DNA of 16,639 bases from contig JAPLDX010000063.1 in assembly GCA_026391215.1 (NCBI GenBank), forward strand, positions 1 through 16,639, read 5' to 3'. Both the position numbers and the translations under genes were made by a program. The first letter of the stretch is position 1. Each line of letters starts with the position of its first letter. Below the pieces are notes generated by a model. That model was not told where the DNA came from and did not search any database. It saw only the letters and a list, made by a program, of their open reading frames with translations. This stretch comes from Bacteroidia bacterium (lineage in GTDB: Bacteria > Bacteroidota > Bacteroidia > Bacteroidales > VadinHA17). This document shows, one piece after another, positions 14,201 to 16,639 of the stretch.

Positions 14201-15645
14201 CAGCAGCCGTTGCATCATTTGGGTTTCTGCCTATGGCATTATCAACATCGGCAGGTGCTGAGGTACAGAAACCATTGGCTACCGTCGTGATAGGAGGACT
14301 TATCACCGCAACTATTCTTACATTGGTAATTCTTCCGGTATTTTATATCTTTTTTTCCTCTACAAGCTTCAGATTAAGATTAAAGGGCAGATCGGCCAGA
14401 AGAATGACAGCTTTTTTATTGTTTGCTGTGACAACATCAGCATTTAATATAATAAACGGACAGCAAGCAAAGGTCATTAATCTGCATGACGCAATCCAGA
14501 TAGCCCTGGATAGTAATCTGTCCGTTAAGTCCGCAGCATTATCCATAGATGTGCAAAGGACTCTCAAAGGTGCTTCCCTTGACCTTCCCAAGACAATTAT
14601 CGACGGTCAGTACGGCCAGTTCAATTCATACACAAACGATAATAGTATTGCAATTTCTCAATCTTTTGCTTTCCCTTCAGTCTATGTGAATCGTTCAAGA
14701 CTGGCAAATGCAAATGTTAAAAGCAGTGAATTTCAATATATGGCCACTCAACTTGAATTGGCAACGCAGGTTAAACAGGTTTACTGGCAATTTGTATTCT
14801 TGTCTTCAAAACAAAAATTACTGGTATATCAGGACAGCCTTTACTCAGGATTTTTGCGAGCGGCGGAATTAAGGGCAAAAACCGGAGAAACGAACCGGCT
14901 GGAAATGATCACTGCCCGTTCTCAAAGTCTTGAAATAAAAAATCAGCTGTACCAGGTAACTTCTGATATTGCAATATACAGTCGTAAATTTTTGGTTTTG
15001 CTGAATAGTAAATCGGTTTTGGTACCATCAGACAAGGAAATTCATCGCATTGATCTTACACCGAATTCTGACAGCATCCAGGTTATTCAGAATCCATACC
15101 TGGATTACGTAAAGCAGCAAGTTGAAGTATCTCAGATTGAGAAAAAACTGGAACAAAGCCAGATGTTGCCTGATTTAAATATTGGTTATTTCAGTCAGAC
15201 AATTATCGGGAACCAGGATGTAAACGGGATATCCCAAAATTTCGGGAAGGGAGACCGATTTACAGGTGTTCAGGCTGGTATATCCGTTCCATTGTGGTTT
15301 GTCCCATATACATCAAGGGCGAAGGCTGCAAAAATATCTGAGAATATTGCCCGGACAAATGCTGAAAATTATACTAAATCCCTTGCAGGCAATTACCAGT
15401 CACTGCTTGATGAGTACAATAAGTACTCTTCAAGTGTTGATTATTATGAAAAGCAGGCTGTTCCTGAAGCTGACCTGATAATTGACCAGGCAATCCGAAG
15501 TTATAAAGCCGGGGCACTTGACTACCTTGATTATATCCTTACATTAAACAGAGCATTGGCAATCAGGCAGAACTATCTTGATACACTTAACAGTTTAAAC
15601 CAGACTATTGTTTCAATTGAATACATCACAGGTAAAATATTTTAA
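11254..15645 (+). CDS. czcA: CusA/CzcA-family heavy-metal efflux RND permease fused to a C-terminal TolC-like outer-membrane factor domain
   Basis: [77 protein letters not shown]. After about aa 1040 there is a second hydrophobic stretch and an OMF-like region ([40 protein letters not shown]). Confidence 0.93.
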   Translation: [1463 protein letters not shown]

Positions 15646-15657
15646 ATTAATGTAATC

Positions 15658-16639
15658 ATGAAAGAAGTTAATTATAAAGTGTCATTGATCATTTTCGGAG
15701 TCATTTTCTCTGTAATATCTTGTTCTAAAGGCACTAAGCCTGTAGAAGAAACCGCCGGGACTGAAGTTCTCCCGGAAGATGTTGTCGAATTACGGGAAGA
15801 TCAGATCAAACTTGCCGGTATTCAGACCGGTTCAGTTGAGATCCGGTCAGTCAGTAACACTCTTAAAGTCAATGGAATTGTTTCTGTTGCACCACAGAAT
15901 CAGGCAACTGTTTGTATGCCTTTGGGCGGTTTTGTCAAGAGCACTTTCCTTCTTCCGGGAGAAGCTGTCAGTAAAGGGCAGACACTTGCTGTTATCGAAA
16001 ATCAGGATTTCATTGATATCCAGCAGAGTTATCTGGAGGCAAAAAACAGACTTGTATTTGCTGAGGCTGAATTTAAACGTCATACAGATCTGTATAAGGA
16101 TGAAGTATATTCTGAGCAAAATTTACAACAGGTGACTGTTGAGTATAAGAACCTTAAAGCACTGGTAAAATCCCTGGAACAAAAGCTGGTTCTTATAGGA
16201 ATTGATCCTCATCAGCTCAATGAGGATAACATCAGCAATACAGCTGACCTCGTATCCCCCATTAAAGGTTATCTGAAAGCTGTCAATGTAAATATCGGGA
16301 AATATGTTTCATCAACTGAAATTCTTTTCGAAATTGTAAACAGTGATAAGCTATTCCTTGATCTGACATTGTTCGAAAAGGATGCAAATAAGGTTACCAT
16401 TGGCCAGAAAATAAAGTTCTTCATTAACAATGAAACTGAAGCACATGAAGCATTTATCTCGCAGACAGGAAAATCAGTTAGTGACGACAAGACTTTCAGA
16501 GTTTTTGGAACTGTCATAAGTTCATGCAAAAACCTATTGCCCGGAATGTATGTTAATGCATTAATTGAAGAATCAGATATAAAAGTAGCAGCACTTCCTT
16601 CAGAGGCAATAGTAAGTTTCGATGATAAGGATTATATAT
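15658..16639 (+). CDS. RND efflux periplasmic adaptor (CzcB/CusB-like lipoprotein), 3' truncated; missing from the ORF track
   Basis: ATG 15658 gives MKEVNYKVSLIIFGVIFSVISC (lipobox)...DQIKLAGIQTG...PLGGFVKS..LLPGEAVSKGQTLA...SPIKGYL..VNVNIGKYV...LLPGMYVNA...LPSEAIV. The frame is open to the window end. Confidence 0.92.
   Translation, partial: MKEVNYKVSLIIFGVIFSVISCSKGTKPVEETAGTEVLPEDVVELREDQIKLAGIQTGSVEIRSVSNTLKVNGIVSVAPQNQATVCMPLGGFVKSTFLLPGEAVSKGQTLAVIENQDFIDIQQSYLEAKNRLVFAEAEFKRHTDLYKDEVYSEQNLQQVTVEYKNLKALVKSLEQKLVLIGIDPHQLNEDNISNTADLVSPIKGYLKAVNVNIGKYVSSTEILFEIVNSDKLFLDLTLFEKDANKVTIGQKIKFFINNETEAHEAFISQTGKSVSDDKTFRVFGTVISSCKNLLPGMYVNALIEESDIKVAALPSEAIVSFDDKDYI

Noticed and set aside
147-16529. 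Numerous short antisense or alternate-frame ORFs in the track (e.g. 911-1273, 4401-4850, 13944-14306, 15779-16135)
   Set aside because: They lie inside well-supported genes, have no recognisable motifs and look like shadow ORFs.
10643-16639. Metal-efflux operon as a horizontally acquired island
   Set aside because: Parts look more AT-rich by eye, but I could not compute composition, and no integrase, tRNA or flanking repeats are visible.

Overview
Bacterial chromosomal window, most likely Bacteroidota (Bacteroidales-like). This is inferred from TAnnTTTG promoter motifs, AT-rich translation starts without Shine-Dalgarno sequences, and a CzcA-TolC fusion. In order: (1) the 3' end of a class II (B12-dependent) ribonucleotide reductase on +; (2) a minus-strand cluster of tdh, an acetyl-CoA-synthetase-like AMP ligase, a stand-alone acyl/aminoacyl carrier protein, two tandem Kbl-like PLP alpha-oxoamine synthases and an FkbM methyltransferase; (3) between tdh and the ligase, a broken four-helix-bundle (23S-IVS/bAvd-like) gene missed by the ORF track and bracketed by mutually inverted AAAGTC/GACTTT tandem-repeat arrays; (4) divergent gltX-tatD-tcdA; (5) a His-rich leader ORF ending in a RAPP motif, followed by a CzcA-TolC fusion and a partial RND adaptor. 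The best leads are the carrier-protein-linked threonine/glycine/acetate cluster, the inverted-repeat-flanked four-helix-bundle cassette and the candidate metal-sensing RAPP arrest peptide. All calls come from reading motifs by eye; no searches were run.
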